IMG/VR virus record: IMGVR_UViG_3300042673_000070
Location: 1 to 63,046 of that record
DNA length: 63,046 bases
Direction: 5' to 3' (one strand)
DNA from: a virus
Lineage: Duplodnaviria; Caudoviricetes
Under the pieces are notes generated by a model. The model had not been told where the DNA came from and searched no databases. It worked only from the letters and a program-made list of their open reading frames with translations. The translations under genes were made by a program, and so were the position numbers. Shown here piece by piece: positions 60,287 through 63,046 of this stretch (its first letter is position 1; each line of letters begins with the position of its first letter).

Positions 60287-60702
60287 TACTTCCTCGCTGT
60301 TACCACATCGTCACCCTTGGTGACGGTAACGTGATCGCCTTCCACATCGACCCGCATCGGCATTTCTTTCCGATCCAATCGGTCAAGCTTGGCGATGAGT
60401 TCCTTGATGACCGCAAACTCAGGCTTGTCTTCCTTCTCGCTTGCACCGGCAATACCGTTTAGCATGGAGATCAGCGCAGTCAACGACGCGCCAAGCAGCC
60501 CCATCACGGCAGCAATCTTCTCCCCATCCAAGGCGAGACTCGACACCACGCCGATCACAACGATGATCGTGATGTACTTGAGACCGTCCTTGCCGATTGC
60601 CTTGCCAGCAACGTCTTTCGCAGACGACTGAGCCTCAAGCCGATTTAACTCGGCCTGAACCTGTGCCTTGAACATCTCAATGTCGTTCGGCTCAGCCATC
60701 AC
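60286..60702 (-). CDS. Two-TM membrane protein
   Basis: Two hydrophobic helices: YITIIVVIGVVSSL and IAAVMGLLGASLTALISML. Confidence 0.65.
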   Translation of the reverse strand: MMAEPNDIEMFKAQVQAELNRLEAQSSAKDVAGKAIGKDGLKYITIIVVIGVVSSLALDGEKIAAVMGLLGASLTALISMLNGIAGASEKEDKPEFAVIKELIAKLDRLDRKEMPMRVDVEGDHVTVTKGDDVVTARK

Positions 60703-60944
60703 ATCCCCCGCCGTCTGTACGGCTTCACTTTTTCTTTGACACCTTTCGGTTGCGCGACGAACTGCTTGCCTTGGGCTTTGCCTTTACGCTTGGCTGCGGT
60801 GGTTCGGGCATATTCTCCGGGGGAAAGAGCTTTAATTGCAGCTTCCGGAAGATACCTTTCACCTGTGTCAGAAGATCGTTTACCACTTTTTGTCCTCCAC
60901 TTCTGGGCAGTCCATGCCTTTAACGACTGCTGCGGAGCCTTCAT
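60699..60944 (-). CDS. Small basic protein
   Basis: MKAPQQSLKAWTAQKWRTKSG...GERYLP; ATGA overlap. Confidence 0.7.
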   Translation of the reverse strand: MKAPQQSLKAWTAQKWRTKSGKRSSDTGERYLPEAAIKALSPGEYARTTAAKRKGKAQGKQFVAQPKGVKEKVKPYRRRGM

Positions 60945-61237
60945 GACTTGTACCCGCCGCCCTTTTCCTTGTACCGCTTTGCCAGCAACTGCGCCTTCCG
61001 CGCCGACCATTGCCCAGCAGTAGTACCCTGAACCGCACTATTTTTAATACTATTGAACAAAGCTTTACGCATACCCGGCTTCGTATAGTTACCGGCTTCG
61101 TTGACCTTGCTCTCACCGCCCTTCTTGAAGGTACGGATGGGTTTGCCCGTCCCGATCACAGGCTTATCGTCCCCGCGCCGTTTGGCACGAGGAACCTTTT
61201 TGGGGTTGATATCACCCATGCCTCGGGAGGGCATCAT
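60941..61237 (-). CDS. Small basic protein
   Basis: MPSRGMG...FKKGG...GQWSARKAQ..AKRYKEKGGGY. Confidence 0.7.
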   Translation of the reverse strand: MMPSRGMGDINPKKVPRAKRRGDDKPVIGTGKPIRTFKKGGESKVNEAGNYTKPGMRKALFNSIKNSAVQGTTAGQWSARKAQLLAKRYKEKGGGYKS

Positions 61238-61239
61238 AG

Positions 61240-61458
61240 TTACACCATCTTGCAGCGGGTCTTGCCCTTCTTGGCAATGCCATCAGCACGACGAGAAACA
61301 GAAGAGGCCATACCACCCTTCTTCATTCCCTTCGGCTTTGCACCTTTCGGTGCATCCTGCATATCAAGGCTCATACCCGGAGCAGCCATTGAACGGCTGT
61401 GGATACCACGAGGGCTAGTCGGGCCGTAGGACCCGCGAGTTTTTGGACCGCTGCTCAT
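61240..61458 (-). CDS. Small basic protein (paralog of 61458-61661)
   Basis: MKKGGMASS..RRADGIAKKGKT. Confidence 0.7.
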   Translation of the reverse strand: MSSGPKTRGSYGPTSPRGIHSRSMAAPGMSLDMQDAPKGAKPKGMKKGGMASSVSRRADGIAKKGKTRCKMV

Positions 61459-61661
61459 TAGCAATAACCTCCGCTACGCATTTTGACTTCCTTACCCTTG
61501 GTCTTGCCCTTCTTGGCAATGCCATCAGCGGCCTTGCGGTACGAACCAGCCATGCCACCTTTCTTCATGCCGTACTCGGCCTTCTCGTGCTTGATCATGG
61601 ACTTCGGAGCGCCCTTCTTCTTCATGAAGGCAAGCTCTTTCTTAGCCATTGCGTTTTTCAC
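61458..61661 (-). CDS. Small basic protein
   Basis: MKKGGMAGS..KAADGIAKKGKT...MRSGG. Confidence 0.7.
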   Translation of the reverse strand: MKNAMAKKELAFMKKKGAPKSMIKHEKAEYGMKKGGMAGSYRKAADGIAKKGKTKGKEVKMRSGGYC

Positions 61662-61807
61662 TTGGATTTCCTCGTAAATTTACGACCCTTGTCAGCCTTC
61701 ATGAATTCCTTCCCAACCTTCTGGGGGACTCCAAGACGTTTGGCTGCTTTCGGGTCATTAGCAACCAAAGCCATCAAACGATGTTGTTTGCCAGATTTAC
61801 TTGGCAT
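61658..61807 (-). CDS. Small basic protein (49 aa)
   Basis: MPSKSGKQHRLMALVANDPKAAKRLGVPQKVGKEFMKADKGRKF...; below the ORF-track cutoff. Confidence 0.65.
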   Translation of the reverse strand: MPSKSGKQHRLMALVANDPKAAKRLGVPQKVGKEFMKADKGRKFTRKSK

Positions 61808-62036
61808 TGTGATTCACCAATCGGTCAATCTTCTGCTCCAACCGGTCAAGCCGGTCGAGGAGCATCTGGGCATCAGCCCGCACTTCGGCGCGAGTCACGT
61901 GTTCACGAGCCACTTCTTCTCGGGTTCTGTTGAGGAGAATCCCCAACCGTTGAAGTTCGGCAAACTTCTCTTTCACAACAAAACCCAAAATGGCCACGAT
62001 TCCCGTAAGAACCATGTTCCAAACAACCATTTCCAT
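61797..62036 (-). CDS. Single-TM coiled-coil protein
   Basis: N-terminal hydrophobic helix then LLNRTREEVA...RLEQKIDRL. Confidence 0.65.
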   Translation of the reverse strand: MEMVVWNMVLTGIVAILGFVVKEKFAELQRLGILLNRTREEVAREHVTRAEVRADAQMLLDRLDRLEQKIDRLVNHNAK

Positions 62037-62037
62037 A

Positions 62038-62292
62038 TCAGCAGTTCCATGCTCTGAGGGACTTGTTGATACGACTGTTGGGATCATTGGCTGTCTTCGC
62101 GCTAGTCAGCTTTTTCTTCATGCCCTTCATACGAGCACAGAAGGAATCTCGTCGGGCACCACCTTCAGGCTGAGGCCGTTTCAACCCCGGCTTACCGGGA
62201 TTGGCTGCGTTATACGACGCACGGCCTTTGGCATTGAGTCCGCCTTTTGGGTTTTTCCCTTCTTTACGCTGCCAAGCGGGAGACTTAGCCAT
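62038..62292 (-). CDS. Small basic conserved protein
   Basis: AWQRKEGKNPKGGLNAKGRASY...RRDSFCARM...LRAWNC. Confidence 0.75.
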   Translation of the reverse strand: MAKSPAWQRKEGKNPKGGLNAKGRASYNAANPGKPGLKRPQPEGGARRDSFCARMKGMKKKLTSAKTANDPNSRINKSLRAWNC

Positions 62293-62590
62293 AGATCACC
62301 ATCGTCGAAACCACGGCTGACGGGATAATGTAGATGTTCTCTTGGAAGAGAAGACCTTCACCCGGCATAAGGATGTAGTCCGCCGCAGTGGAACTAGCCT
62401 TGGTATTGACGACGATTTTGGTAGCGCCACTTGCACCGCCGTCGATAAACGTAACGGTACCAGCACCCGAATCGGGGACGATGTAGATCGCTTTTACGCG
62501 AGCACGACCAATAACGAGGCTATTTTGGTCCAGCATCTGACCTGCATCAGTGCGGACCTTACTAGCAAGGACATCTGTTTGCATTGACAT
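62285..62590 (-). CDS. Small virion (capsid fibre/spike-base-like) protein, putative
   Basis: 101 aa beta-rich, PGEGLLF motif, AGGAG RBS. Confidence 0.55.
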   Translation of the reverse strand: MSMQTDVLASKVRTDAGQMLDQNSLVIGRARVKAIYIVPDSGAGTVTFIDGGASGATKIVVNTKASSTAADYILMPGEGLLFQENIYIIPSAVVSTMVIYG

Positions 62591-62639
62591 CTGAGTCTCC
62601 TGTAATGGATGAAGGGGGCTAGCGCCCCCCTACGAAGTC

Positions 62640-62879
62640 TTACAGAGTCAGAGTGGTATACAGCGGGATGTACTTAGTCGTCGCGCCGATCTTGACCGGG
62701 AGATATCCCTTCTGATCAGAACCCACAACGCCCGAGGCTACGCTGCCCGTGGTCAAAATGCTGCTGCCGATCACGAGGGTCGTGCAAGCCAGAGTAGCAA
62801 CCGTGCCGACCGTTGCGGAGATGTCGCCCTCGAAGCCATTGTCAGACTTAACCGGGCCAGAAAAAGTTGTACGTGCCAT
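62640..62879 (-). CDS. Head fibre-like small protein, putative
   Basis: MARTTFSGPVKSDNGF N-terminus, as I recall for the gene after the capsid gene in related phages. Confidence 0.55.
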   Translation of the reverse strand: MARTTFSGPVKSDNGFEGDISATVGTVATLACTTLVIGSSILTTGSVASGVVGSDQKGYLPVKIGATTKYIPLYTTLTL

Positions 62880-62885
62880 TTCAAT

Positions 62886-62947
62886 TCCTCACATGCGAGT
62901 AAGTGTTTACCAGTCTGCATGTCGTCAGTCGGGTCTGTCTGGTAAAC
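62886..62947 (-). ncRNA. Structured RNA element, possibly Mu-gpT-DE-like
   Basis: 9-bp stem GTTTACCAG/CTGGTAAAC; internal ACATGC can pair with GCATGT abutting the GAGGA RBS; inferred position downstream of a gpT-like capsid gene. Confidence 0.45.
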
Positions 62948-62978
62948 GGTTTTTTCCCGATAACGACTGTATACCATC

Positions 62979-63018
62979 AAAAAAGAGGGGCTACAAGTAT
63001 CGCTACCTGTAACCCCTC
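62979..63018 (-). terminator. Rho-independent terminator (probably after the major capsid gene)
   Basis: GAGGGGTTACAGGTA-GCGA-TACTTGTAGCCCCTC-TTTTTT. Confidence 0.85.
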
Positions 63019-63046
63019 GGACTAGCCCTCTAGGGAGAAAGCTATC

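Noticed and set aside
62915-62947. Hammerhead ribozyme (CUGACGA on the minus strand)
   Set aside because: No GAAA core or compatible three-stem arrangement follows.

Overview
Near-complete genome of a tailed dsDNA bacteriophage (Caudoviricetes, podovirus-like layout). The window is cut inside the major capsid gene: its first 14 codons lie at the left edge and what looks like its downstream terminator and RNA element lie at the right edge. The minus strand carries the virion and packaging genes (1-7377 and 32280-62879): TerS, TerL, portal, GroES-like co-chaperonin, scaffold, head-tail proteins, several tail fibres, lysis genes and large ejection proteins. The plus strand (7753-32248) carries early and replication genes: a pyrimidine-dimer glycosylase, an AAA+/metallopeptidase-vWA module, a methyltransferase/glycosyltransferase/acetyltransferase cluster, PolA, exonuclease, SNF2 helicase, SSB-like protein and primase-helicase. 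No integrase, tRNA or CRISPR array was seen. The most notable signals are: (i) about a dozen copies of a palindrome RTAAACA-N1-3-TGTTTAY confined to 7.6-16.6 kb; (ii) a TPR-glycosyltransferase cluster that could decorate the Ser/Thr/Asn-rich virion fibres; (iii) a recurring hydrophobic-x-x-G-G peptide motif shared by small basic proteins and ejection proteins; (iv) two structured leader RNAs whose loops can pair at or next to the ribosome binding site. All functional calls come from motif recognition by eye; no database search was run.
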